A stretch of DNA of 61,747 nucleotides, the filler included, from Chiloscyllium plagiosum (taxonomy: Eukaryota): assembly GCF_004010195.1 (NCBI RefSeq). It is 4 parts of one record of this genome, joined end to end, with 100 filler letters (N's around TTAATTAATTAA, not from the genome) between each part and the next. Parts side by side here need not be neighbours in the genome. Positions count along the whole stretch, not along the records: positions 1 to 13,468 come from NC_057714.1; 3 more parts are not named here. One strand, 5' to 3'. The translations under genes and the position numbers were made by a program. The notes below the pieces were generated by a model, which had not been told where the DNA came from, made no database searches, and was given only the letters and a program-made list of their open reading frames with translations. Positions 1 to 11,715 of this stretch are shown in pieces. Position 1 is the first letter of the stretch, and each line of letters opens with the position of its first letter.

Positions 1-420
1 AGGTCTTACGAGGAAAGGCTGAGGGACTTAAGACTGTTTTCATTGGAGAGAAGAAGGTTGAGAGGTGACTCAGTAGAGACATGTAAAAATCAGAGGATTA
101 GATAGGGTGGACAGGGAGACGCTTTTTCTAAGTATGGTGACGGCGAGCATGAGGTGGCATAGCTTTAAATTGAGGGGTGATAGATATAGGACAGATGTCA
201 GAGGTAGTTCCTTTACTCAGAGAGTAGTAAGGGTATGAAATGCTTTGCCTGCAATGGTAGTAGATTCGCCAACTTTAAGTGCATTTAAGTCGTCATTGGA
301 CAAGCAAATGGACATACATGGAATAGTGTAGGTTAGATGGGCTTCAGATTGGTATGACAGGTCAGTGCAACATCAACGGCCGAAGGGCCTGTACTGCGCT
401 GTAATGTTCTATGTTCTATG
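1..420 (+). mobile_element. CR1-type (HER1-like) LINE, 3' end of ORF2 plus 3' UTR
   Basis: Begins with a C-terminal CR1 ORF2-like motif (YEERLRDLRLFSLERRRLRGD) and ends in GGCCGAAGGGCCTGT...(GTTCTAT)n tail. Same subfamily as the minus copy at 37608-37992. Confidence 0.9.
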
Positions 421-484
421 GGACTCTGTCTCCACAAGGTCTGTGTGGTGATCCCTCTTAACGATACTGTATTGGGCAGTTACA

Positions 485-1235
485 GTTGATTCATTTATTG
501 TAAGTATATTTTGTTACAAAGTACAGTGAAAAGTGATGTATAGTGTCGCCACTCTCGGGCACCATCTTAAAACACAGATAAACAAACCAAAACATAGAAT
601 ATAAAGACAGAAAATGAAGAAATAGAGCAAGTGTCCAACTTTATAGTCCTTCTTGTTAAGTGCTCCACCAGGGGCCAATGGGCTGGTGGGCAGGCACAAA
701 GCCCCTTGGCTGTGCCGCTACCACCGCTGGAATGAAAGTCACCAAACGTTTGCACCATTTCACCTCGATGTCCTCACCACTATATAGTCTTCGCTGCACC
801 TCACCAATGCAGACGCTACTAATGCTGCCAGGTTTCCTCACCTGCCCAAACTTGACTCCGCCACTGCCATGAGTCTGCTCCGATGCACTCACAACTGATG
901 CCCCCAGCGTCTCATGCTGAGCCCAAACTCACCTCCACCACAACCTCCATCAATCTGTGCTGAAAACAGACGCCGCTGGGAACTCAAAATCACCTCCGCA
1001 GCAGCAGCCATGAGTTGGTGCTGAGACCACCTTGACGATGTAGAAGCTGCTGAGAACACAAACCGTCTGTGATCCCGCCACGAGTCTGCGCTGCTGGGCC
1101 CACTCACCACCGTTGCTGTCACTGCACCCGAGGTAAGTAAATTAAGACAGAAGAGAAAACAAAACAAAGAAAGCAGACAGAGTGGATGATGCTCGGTATC
1201 AGAAGCCCAACTCCACTACTATCTTACTGGAAGCA
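485..1235 (-). mobile_element. Non-autonomous retroelement with Rex1/Babar-like 3' tail
   Basis: Reverse complement ends AAGATGG...GGCGACAC...CTTTTCACTGTAC...AATAAA, resembling the 3' end of the + copy near 51930-52015. The 5' boundary is approximate. Confidence 0.45.
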
Positions 1236-1244
1236 GTAGCAGAC

Positions 1245-1971
1245 AGCAGGCAGATTGCTAAGGGTGAGGTCAAGTATGTTTTTACCTTTTTATTGGTTTC
1301 TTCACCACCTGCCACAGACCCAGTTGAGCAGCTATGTCCTTCAGGACTTGACCAGCTTTATCAGTAGTGCTACTGTCAAGGCAATCTTGGTGATGTGCGC
1401 TGAAATTCCTCTGTGTCCTTGTGACTTGCAGTACTTTCTCCGAGGGATGTTTGATATGTTGGATTCGTTAACAGAGGGAGTCAGTAGGTGATAATTAGCA
1501 GGAGATTTTCTTACCCACATTTGACCTGATGCCACAAAGTTTTATGGGATCCAGAGTCAATGTTAAGGACTTCGGCGGCAACTCCATCCTGACTGTACAC
1601 TGCATCGTCACGACTGTTCGGTTTGTCCACAAAGTGGTATAAAACGTTCCCAGGAACGGTGATAACATTATCTGGTAGGATTGTAATATTGTAAGGTAGG
1701 ATTCCGTAAGTATGACAATGTCAGGCTATTGTTTAACTAGGCTCTATTCCTGATAAAGGGCTTTTGCGCGAAACGTTAATTTTCCTGCTCCTGAACTGCC
1801 GTGCTTTTCCAGCAACACTCTAATCTAGAATCTGGTTTCCAGCATCTGCAGTTCTTGTTTTTACCTATTGTTTAACTAGTCCATGAAGCAACTTTCCCAA
1901 TTTTGGCACCAGCATCCGAATATTATGTGGAGGGCTTTAACAGGACCATGCACGCTGTCATCATTTCCAGT
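1245..1971 (-). mobile_element. Old LINE (L2/CR1 group) fragment, interrupted by PLE insertions
   Basis: Degenerate LINE-like sequence that resumes after the 11-bp TSD at 3392-3402. Confidence 0.45.
1741..1864 (+). mobile_element. Short PLE-terminus-derived element with TSD
   Basis: CCTGATAAAGGGCTTTTGCGCGAAACG...CAGCATCTGCAG, flanked by the direct repeat CTATTGTTTAACTAG (1726-1740 and 1865-1879). Confidence 0.75.
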
Positions 1972-3391
1972 CATGATTTGGAGATGCTGGTGTTGGACTG
2001 GGGTGTACAAAGTTAAAAATCACACAACACCAGGTTATAATCCAACAGGTTTAATTGGAAGCACACTAGCTTTAGGAGCGCCGCTCCTTCATCAGGTGGT
2101 TGTGGAGTACACAATTGTAAGGCACAGAATTTATAGCAAACATTTACAGTGTGATGTAACTGAAATTATACATTGAAAAATACCTTGATTGTCTGTTGAG
2201 TCTTTCATCTGTTTGAATACCATGATCGTTTCACTTCTTTCATGTGTAAATCACAAAATCTTTTTTAAAGGTTGCATTCTCAGGTTAGCTGTAACAATTG
2301 GTGTTAGCTAGACAATATGTTGAAGATGTTAGTCCCCTGTGTTCTCTGTCTATGCCATGATGTTTAGATTGATTCTAATCTAAAATGTGAGATAACTTAG
2401 TTTCACATGAACCCATGCAGTTTTTGAGCAAAATACAATGTAACTCTTCAAGTACAAATTTATCCCACAAAATATGTGTGCATGTGGGTCTTTGTGTCTG
2501 TCTGTGTGTGTGCCTGTCTGGGTTGGGGGTTGTGATTGTGAGAGAGAGTGTATGTGTGTGTGTAGTGAGTGTAGAGTGTCTTAAGTCTGTGAGGGTGTGC
2601 ATGTGTGAGTTGGGAGTGTGTGTGCGTGTCTGGGGTGGGGGGTTGTGAGTGTCTGTGAGAGAGAGTGTATATGTGTGTGCATGAGTGTAGAGTGGTCTAA
2701 GTCTCTGAGAGAATGCCTATGTGAGTGTGGGAGTGTGTGTGTCTGTAAGGGTGTGTGTGAGTGTCTGTGCGCATGTCTGTGTATATTTGTGTCCGTGTGT
2801 GTGTGTGTGTATGTGTGTGTGTCAGTGTCTGCGTGTGTGTATAGTGTAATGGTCGTCACCTGTAACGTGACATGAACCCAAGGTCCCGGTTGAGGCCCTC
2901 CCTATGGGTACCGAACTTAGCTATCAGCCTCTGCTTGGCCACTTTTCGCTTCTGCCTGTCCCAAAGTCCGCCTTGGAGGATGGTCACCCGAAGGTCCGAG
3001 GTCGAATGTCCTGGACCACTGAAGTGTTCCCCAATTGGGAGGGAACACTTCTGTCTGTTGATTGTTGTGTGGTGCCCATTCATCGTAGCCTTTGCTCGGT
3101 TTCCCTAATGTACCATGCCTCAGGGCATCCTTGCCTGCAACGTATAAGGTAGACAACGTTGGCTGAGTCACATGAGTACCTGCCACGTACAAGGTGGGAG
3201 GTGTCCCCACGTGTAATGCTGGTATCCATGTCCACACTCTGACACTCATGCAGCGCCTACTGTGACAGAGTTGTATGGAGTTGTCCTGAGAGCCAGGCAG
3301 CTTGCTACGAACAATGATCTGTTTGAGGTTTGGTGGTTGTATAAAGGCAAGCAGTGGAGGTGTGGGGAAGGTCTTGGCGAGGTACTCATCC
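1972..3391 (-). mobile_element. 5'-truncated Penelope-like element (GIY-YIG endonuclease end, TG-rich spacer, pseudo-LTR)
   Basis: ORF 2856-3083 (MNGHHTTINRQ...LPIGEHFSGPGH...LIAKFGTHREGLNRD) is a typical PLE GIY-YIG C-terminus. TSD TCATTTCCAGT at 1961-1971 and 3392-3402. Confidence 0.85.
2475..2845. repeat. Degenerate (TG)n-rich tract inside the PLE
   Basis: Visible GT/TG low-complexity run that produces the spurious VC-rich and TH-rich ORFs. Confidence 0.9.
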
Positions 3392-3464
3392 TCATTTCCA
3401 GTGCCTTAGTTGACTCCAGGCAGTAGATCTGGTTTCATTCCTTTTCTTTAAACTGGCAGTTGAT

Positions 3465-3775
3465 ACAAGTGAATGGCTTGCTTGTCCATTTCAGAGGGCA
3501 ATTAAGAGTGAACCACATTGCTGTGGGTCCGGAGGTACATGTAGGCAAGATTAAATAAGGACAGTTTTCCTCCACTAAGGAATATCAATGAACCATATGG
3601 GTTTTCACAACAATTGATAATGATTCATGGTAATCATTAGACATTTTACTCGAGGTATTTCTCAAATTCAAATTCTATCTTCTGCAAGGTGTAGTTCATA
3701 CCTGGGTACTGAAAACATTTTCAAGGTCTCTGGATTCTTTGCCCAGTGGTAATACACTATGGTATCACTTACTCC
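3465..3775 (-). mobile_element. tRNA-derived shark SINE (second family), degenerate
   Basis: Reverse-complement similarity to 53010-53310 (AAGAGTGAACCACATTGCTGTGGGTC...). Confidence 0.6.
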
Positions 3776-3787
3776 GGGATTAGTAGG

Positions 3788-5330
3788 ACCTGATCAGGTA
3801 TACCCTAGAACTCTGTGGGAGCCAGGAAAGTGATTCCTGGGCCCCTTGCTGAGATATTTGTATCATTGATCGTCACAGATGAGATGTTGGAAGCTGGAGG
3901 TTGGCTAATGGAGTGCCACTATTTAAGAAAGGTGGTAAAGAAAAGCCAGGGAACTTTGGACCGGTGAGCCTGACATCGGTGGTGGGCAAGTTGTTGGAGG
4001 GAATCTTAAGGGACAGGGTTTACATGTATTTGGAAAGGCAAGGATTGATTAGCGATAGTCAGCATGGCTTTGTGCATGGGAAATCATGTCTCATGAACTT
4101 GATTGAGTTTTTTGAAGTAATGAAGAGGACTGATGAGGGCAGAACAGTGGATGTGATCTTTGAGGACTTCAGTCAGGTATTCAACAAGAGTCCTCATGGT
4201 AGACTGGTTAGCAACATTAGACTCTTCTAGGAGAAAGTGAGGACTGCAGATGCTGGAGATCAGAGCTGAAAATGTGTTGCTGGAAAAGCGCAGCAGGTCA
4301 GGCAGCGTCCAAGGACTTAATGGAGGGTTGCTTTCCAAACTGGAGGCTTGTGTTCAGTGGTGTGCCACAAGCATTAGTGTTGGTTCCACTGCTTTTCATC
4401 ATTTATATAAAGGATTTGGATGTGAATATAGGAAGCATAGTTGGTAAATTTGCAGATGACACCAAAATTAGACGTGTAGTGAACAGCAAAGAAGGTTACC
4501 TGAGAGTATAACGGGATCTTGATCAGATGGGCCACTGAGCCAAGGAGACGTTGCATTTTGGAAAGAAAATCAGTACAGGACTTATACACTTTGTGGTAAG
4601 GTCCTGGAGAGTGTTGCTAAACAAAGATCTTGGAGCTCAGGTTCATACTTCCTTGAAAGTGGAATCTCAGATAGATGTGATAGTAAAGATGGCATTTGAC
4701 ATGCTTGCGGTGAATTGTCAGTGAATTGAGTATAGGAATTGGAAAGTCAGGTTGCAGCTATACAGTTAGGCCACTTTTGGAATATTGTGTACAATTCTAG
4801 TCTCCCTGCTATAGGAAGGATGTTGTGAAACTTGAAATGGTTCAGAAAAGATTTACAAGAATGTTGGCAGGGTTGGAGGATTTGAGCTATAGGGAGATGT
4901 TGAATAAGCTAGGGCTGTTATCCCTGGAGCATCGGAGGCTGAGGGATGACCTAATAGAGATTTATAAAATCGTGAGGGGCAAGGGAAATAGGATAAATAG
5001 ACAAGATCTTTTCCCTGGAGTGGGGGAGTCCAGAACTGGACAGCATAAGTTTAAGGTGAGATGGGAAAGATTTAAAGGGGACCTAAGGGGCAAGTTTTCA
5101 TACAAAGAGTGGTGCATATGTGGAATGAGCTGCCAAAGGAAATGGTGGAAGCTGGCAGAATTAGAGCATTTAAAAGGCACCTGGATGGGTATATGAATAG
5201 GAAGGGCTTAGAGAGATATGGGCCAAGTCCTGGCAAATGTGACTGGACTAAATTAGTATACCTATTTAGCATGGATGAGTTGGAATGAAAGGTCTGTTTT
5301 TATGCTGTTCATCTCTATGACTATGACTCT
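3788..5330 (+). mobile_element. 5'-truncated CR1 LINE, decayed RT region and 3' end
   Basis: ORF fragments ANGVPLFKKGGKEKPGN..PVSLTSVVGKLLE, QHGF..GKSCL, GVPQ..LLFIIYI..FADDTK, LE.VQKRFTRM. Ends in a (CTATGA)n tail. Confidence 0.92.
4229..4315. mobile_element. PLE-terminus fragment inside CR1 RT
   Basis: AGGAGAAAGTGAGGACTGCAGATGCTGGAGATCAGAGCTGAAAATGTGTTGCTGGAAAAGCGCAG, near-identical to 17836-17900. Confidence 0.85.
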
Positions 5331-5787
5331 AGTAGGCTAACCATATGATATCCTTACTGGGTAATCTGCAGATGTGCTGACTTTTCTAAAGCCTTTGCCT
5401 GTTCATGCTGCATGTTAAGTCTCACTTGTATTTTTCTCAAAGAATTTGATTCAAGAGCCTAGCTCTCTCACTGGAGATTATGTAATTCCTTACAAAATAA
5501 CTTAATCTAGCAACTATACATAGAATTACAACTCTCTTTGTTGACCCTAATTTGGCATCATCACCAAAACTAAAACAAGTTGCGTGTTAATACTCCTTAA
5601 CTTTTGTCATCATTGCCAATTGGTGAATTAGCATAATACTTTAACCAAACTGTTCCACACCCTGGCCTGTTCGCACTCATGCAAACCACTCAGCTCAAAG
5701 ACTACAGAAGTGTGCACTGAGATTGATCTAAGGTCTTAGTTCTCATTGTATGACAATGCCTTACATGCTACAGCTTTAAGTTAAGTC

Positions 5788-5930
5788 ACCAAAGTCTTAC
5801 CAGATCATAGGGCTGCTCTCTCATCAGGTAGAGACAACTGGTGGTGATTTACCCTGAGAACTACCATAGCTGAGGTGAGGGGAGAGGTTGAGAAAGAGAA
5901 TCCTTCCTGGTAACCTCAGCTGATGTGGGA
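5788..5930 (-). mobile_element. SINE-like fragment (unassigned family)
   Basis: CCAGATCATAGGGCTGCTCTCTCAT...GAGGGGAGAGGTTGAGAA...GGTAACCTCAGC resembles a recurrent shark interspersed repeat. Recognition only. Confidence 0.4.
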
Positions 5931-6591
5931 AAGTTCCAAAAAGCAGTATCTCTGATGTCCTCATAAACTCTGAAAGCTCAACTATGAAATCAATCAAACT
6001 GGCCAACTGAATATCTTGCATCACTCTGTAACCATGAACAACTCCCCTTTAGTTCAACATCTTGATTCACAAGAGATTTTTTTGGTTTCATTAAGTTTTC
6101 CCATCTATCGTACCTCTGCAGAGCTGTCTCTCATCCTAACAGTGTAAGTATGTGTGTATTTGGGATTAAGGGGATATAGTTTTATTTTGCACAGTATTTT
6201 AGTTGATAACCAGTTTTGCCATTTATTCTAAGATTTCATTTTGACTATAATAATTTTTTTTTACTTTATTTGAGAAATAAACTTAATAAAAGTTCCTTTT
6301 GCTGGATAACAGTAATACAGAGAAGCAAATTGACCATTTTGACAATCAATGAACCATTTAAATTTTTTGGTGCATATTGTGAACTATTCTTCCCAGCAGG
6401 GTTGTGATAATTGGTTTATGGTAGATAGTTGGAAGACATCCGATTATCATCATGGTCAAACAATATGTAATTTTTTGATGTGATTTTCCACGATGGCTAT
6501 TTCGATTACAATTTTCTGACTGACTTTTTTAAACTTCTAACCTTGTTCTTGACACGACCATTGTCTGCTGCCATATTGTATTCTAGAAGGC

Positions 6592-7467
6592 CAATTGGTG
6601 AGGCAAATTCAGTCTTTATGGAATTTATAAGCATTTATTTACAGACTTACATATTACATACATGCACCTCCTAGCCCAAATAACCACAATTTCAGCCTAT
6701 GTTTATAATAGGAGCACAAGTGAATTCCAATGAATGCCTTACACTGCATACAAATAAATAGTTCAAAAACACACAACACCAAGTTATAGTCCAAAAGGTT
6801 TATTTGGAAGCACTAGGTTTTGGAGTGCTGCTCCTTTATCAGGTGATTGTGGAGAATAAGATTGTAAGAGACAGACTTTACAGCAAAAGTTTGCAGTGTG
6901 ATTTAACTGAAATTATATATTGCAAAAGACTTGGATTGTTTGTTAAGTCTCTCATCTTTTAGAATGACCATGTTGGTTTCAGTTCTTTTTTCTGTAAATC
7001 GCAAAACCTTTTTTAAAAGTTACATTCTCAATTGGTGAGGCAAATTCAGTCTTTATGGAATTTATAAGCATTTATTTACAGACTTACATATTACATACAT
7101 GCACCTCCTAGCCCAAATAACCACAATTTCAGCCTATGTTTATAATAGGAGCACATGTGAATTCCAATGAATGCCTTGCACTGTATACAAATAAATAGTT
7201 AAAAATCGCACAACATCAGGTTATAGTCCAACAGGTTTATTTGGAAGCACTAGCTTTCGGAGTGCTGCTCCTTCATCAGGTGATTGTGGAGAATAAGATT
7301 GTAAGACACAGAATTTATAGCAAAAGTTTACAGTGTGATGTAACTGAAATTATATATCGAAAAAGACCTGGATTTTTGTTAAGTCTCTTATCTTTTAGAA
7401 TGACCATGTTGGTTTCCGTTCTTTCAACTGTAAATCGCAAAAACTTTTTTAAAAATTACTTTCTCAA
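6592..7467. repeat. ~437-bp tandem duplication (unique flank plus PLE pseudo-LTR)
   Basis: CAATTGGTGAGGCAAATTCAGTC... starts at both 6592 and 7029. Each copy continues into the same PLE terminus. Confidence 0.93.
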
Positions 7468-7639
7468 GTGAACTTTAACAATTATGTGTCTTACAATCTT
7501 ATTCTCCACAATGACCTGATAAAGGAGCACCACTCCAAGAGCTTATGCTTCCAGATAAATCTGTTCAACTATAACCTGGTATTGTGTGATTTTTAACTTT
7601 GTACACCCCAGTCCAACACTGGCGTCGCCAAATCTAAAT
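7198..7639. mobile_element. PLE pseudo-LTR element with inverted arms and TSD
   Basis: 7198-7310 is the reverse complement of ~7486-7598. TACAAATAAATA occurs at 7186-7197 and 7640-7651. Same family as 1972-2300. Confidence 0.85.
7248..7282 (-). ncRNA. Minimal type I hammerhead ribozyme motif in PLE terminus
   Basis: Minus strand reads CAC-CUGAUGA-A-GGAG-cagca-CUCC-GAAA-GC-UA-GUG: complete core, stem I CAC/GUG, stem II GGAG/CUCC, palindromic AGCU in place of stem III. Confidence 0.75.
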
Positions 7640-10179
7640 TACAAATAAATACACAATTAACAAAATGAGATTATTCTATTATTGATTTATTTGTTTCTGT
7701 GTATTATTGCTAGGTATAAATGAATCTAGAAAAGTAATTTTAAGTTATGTAATAATTGCCACTTAGTTGGTTAATTTTCTGCCAAAGTCAATGGGAAAAT
7801 ATGCTGGGCACACTTTATATTCACTAGGATTCAGACCCATCTATTTCTGTGAGCTGCAATCAAGCCATGAATCTGCAAAATAAGGTGGAGGAAAAAAGGC
7901 AACACTGTATTGGAGCTCATTTAGAAGATCACTTCGATATGATCCTTCCTTGCAATGACAAGGTGCTTCTTGACATCAGCCCCAATCTTTGACTACTTTC
8001 CACCTTTGTTCCTTTGTACAGCAGTCGTGTTTTAACTGAAAGCAATGTTCTCGTTCAGCTTTTCTATTCCACTTAGTATCACATAACTCGTTAAGCTATT
8101 TTTATTTGCTTTATTTTCAAAGGTTGAAGAATTTAAGTGACCTCCCTTTATAACTCAGTCATGTAGTATTAAGGGGCAGCCTTCTGCCCCTGTAATACCT
8201 CCAGGGCTTGATTGTTTCCCTTGTTCTTTGGTGTTCAGAATGGGTCACTCAAAATATGGGCTGATGAGAGCTTTTCAAAGGTTGAAACAGGACAGATTCA
8301 AATTGCGTTTTACTGATTTGAAATGCAGTTTAGTGTTTTGTCAATCCCAGCTCAACACTCATATCCAAGTATTGATTTTATACTACTCCTAAATCTCTAT
8401 TTGCCCTTTCTGCAGTAATTTTTCTTTTTTGTTATTTTAGTAAATTCAATCTACCTTTCTTTTGCATTCTATTTATTAGAACATGCAACACTCGAGCTGA
8501 TAATCTAGGTTAATATTCTGGTGCTTTTCCAAAGGAGTGTTGCATTGAAGTTGTGTTTGTCTCTTCAGTTGGACACCAAATGTCCCATGAAGTGAGTAAT
8601 CAAAAAAAAACCCAGAGTTCTGCTTTCACTTTCAGCCACCATTTTAATCTCAATCATCATCTATTATGTTGTCACCAAGCATATGTGACACAAAATGGAT
8701 GATATCATGTGAGCTGTGTATTATACACAATGTCTGATGTTCAATTTCTTTACAGTCACCAGGTATCATGAGCAGCTGATCTGAGATCATCCCTTTTATG
8801 CTGTTGTCAGTGAGGAATTGCTATTCAATTAATTAGTAATTGCCCTTCTTGCTGTTTCTGTGGCTTTGCCTAGTGCAAAAGATTGTTTTGTTTGATCTAC
8901 TGTTTTATGTACCATGCCTGAATGGTCTGCAAAGAAGAAGCTGTGCTTCAGTGTCCCAGTGGCATGCTTTAGAGTGATGTTCATGCAGCCATGTGTCTCA
9001 TTGTATAGCATTTATATTTTGTTGCGATTCTGAGCTTTCTTATAAGGGTCATTAATTACAATTGCAGATTGTAGCACTATTGGCCCAAGTCATCTGTTCA
9101 TTCTATTTTGGTTTTCAATAAAGAAACATATGGATAACCACATGGTAAAGGCATACTTGATATGGATAACAGATATTATAACTTTTCTATTGGTCTGAAC
9201 CTACTTGAGCATTCAATGAACAGTACACCTTGTGTTCATGTTAATAATGGTGTTGATATAAGGTGCCCTGGGCTCAAGTAAATATTGTCTCCTATGCCTT
9301 ATTTAGCTGATATTGTCTTTCCACAGTGAAAATGATTGCAGATAAGGACAGTTTCAATGTGGAGTGCTGTTTGTCGGAGATGCTGTGGATATTTACTTCA
9401 GTTCCCAGGGACAAGATATTCTAACAGTTATTTTCTACATTCATATAGAATTGCTGGACAACATGGGAACAGAGAGATGCATTTGCTGCATGTGCCAAAA
9501 GCCATAAGGTGCTAGGACCAAAGAACTGATATGAGAACAGGCTCCTAACATTAGGCAAAGAATGTAAAGACAGTACCTGCATTGTCTATTCTTGAAGAAA
9601 GAAGCATGGAGCTACAAGATAGAGTCCACTGAAATTGAAAACTACATGACCTTTTTTTTCCCAAGCTACAGATGGTGTCTTTTCCATTTCAAAGCAAATT
9701 GCTTGTCAATCAATAGAGTAGAACTGGATGTTAAACTTTCTTTAAACTTTCAAAAACAGGACATTGGTTTTCCAAAGGTAAAGATCTTTGGTCATTTAAA
9801 TCAGTCAAAGATAGGACAGGATAATTTCTCAGCACATTTTTCTACAGCTTTTAGTGCTCTATAGACTTTTTTTCTAAGTGAAAGGTACTCTAACACATCT
9901 TCATACTTACATGGTCAATGTAAAATTTCATTTAACCTTTCAGAACAGAGCCCAATGATGAATCACTACAGTTTAATAAAACATCTACATTGCATTACAG
10001 CAGCTAACAGTGACGTTTGAAATTCTCAAAGCTTTCAACACTTAAATGTCCAAAGTTTGACAATTCCCCAGCAGGTTTTCCCTTGTGGTCATGAACTCTG
10101 AATAATGTAAGTTGCTGAGGGCTTCTAAAACACACATCAAGACACAAAAATAGCAGCATAGTGGAGGAAGAAATTCAAG

Positions 10180-11715
10180 ACTGAAAACAAAAAATGCTGG
10201 AAACCACAGTGGATCAGGCAGAATCCATGGAGAGAGATACAGCTAATGTTACAAAACCAGATGATTCTTCATCGGGGTTGACATGAAGTGTGGAGGGGGC
10301 AGCAATTATGCAATTGTGGGGGTGGGGGGTTGTGGAGTGATGTGGGAGAAAGGCTGCTGGTAGTGCAGATTAAGCCATTGGAATGTGAGAATCGCAGAAC
10401 AATGGTGTGTCTAATTGCCAGACTGGAAAGAACAGACAAAACTGGGGTGGACGGGGGGGACAGAGGGCATGGTGACAGAGAATGAAACAAGTTAAAAGGT
10501 AAGGAATGGGAATGGGCTCACAGATCTGACAGTGTTGAACTCAGTATTATGTCCAGATGGCTGTAAAGTGTCATGTCTGAGGATGAGATATTGTTCTTCC
10601 AATTTGCACTGTGATTCGCTGGAGCATGGCAGCACGCCGAGGATAGACACATGGGCATGCAAGCAGGACGCTGTGTTAAAATGACTGACTACAGGAAGGT
10701 CAGGGTCATGCTTCCACACGGACTGGAGGTGTTCTGAAAGTGGTCACACAATTTGCACTTGGTTTCTCCAACATAGAGGAGGTCACAGTGGATACATTGA
10801 ATGCAATAGACCAGATTGGAGGAGGTACAGCTGAAATGCTGTTTCACCAAGAAAGACTGTTTAGGGCCTTGGATGGTGAGCATGGGGGAGGTGAAGGGAC
10901 AGGTGTTGCACTTTCTGTGGTTAGATGAGAAGGTGCCATAGGAAGAGAGGATGGTGTTGGTGGTCGAGGAATTGACTGGGGTGTCCCAGAGGGAATGATC
11001 CCTGTGAAATGCAGACAGGGGGAGTGATGGGAAGATGTTTTTGGTGGTGGCGTTCCACTGGGGTTGTCTAACGTGATGGAGAATTATCCTTGAAATGTGG
11101 AAGCTGGTGGGATGAAAAGTGAGGACCACTGGGACCTGATCATGCTGTTATGAGTGACAAGAGGGGGCAAGGACAGAGGCATGGGTGATAAGTTGGATGC
11201 AGTTGAGGGCATTGTCAACCACAGTGGTTGGCAAACCATGATTATGGAATAAAGATGCCATGTCAGTTGTTTTGGAAGGTGATATTATCTGAACAGATAC
11301 AATGTAGGCGAAGGAACTGGGAGAATGGGATAGAGTCCTTACAAGATGTGGAATGTAAAGAGCTATGTTGAAGGTAACTGTGGGAGTCAGTGGCATTGTA
11401 GTGGATGGCAGTGGACAGTTTATTCTCTGAAATGGAGACAGAGAGTTCAAGGACAGAAAGGGAGGTGTCGGAGATGGACCATATGAAAGTTATAGAAGGG
11501 TGGGAAATTGGAGCAAAATGAAAAAATTTTTCAAGAAATGAGTTGTGGAAGGAGCCCAGTGTAGGACTGGAACAAGGATTGTTCCACATACCTTATAAAG
11601 AGGCACCATGCAGATGCCCATCACCATTCCTTTAATTTAGCAGAAGTGAGATGAATTGAAAGAGAAATTGTTCAGTGAGAGAACAAGCTCAGCCAAGAGA
11701 AGAAGAGTGGCGGCG
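10180..11715 (-). mobile_element. Decayed Penelope-like element (RT C-terminal half plus GIY-YIG)
   Basis: ORF fragments ITFIWSISDTSLSVLELSVSISENKLSTAIHY..TDSHSYL..SSLH...KDSIPFSQFLRL, CTSSNLVYCIQC..CDLLYVGETK (GIY-YIG) and LPVVSHFN...KLEEQYLI. Confidence 0.88.

Noticed and set aside
2375..2875. VC-rich and TH-rich ORFs
   Set aside because: TG low-complexity tract.
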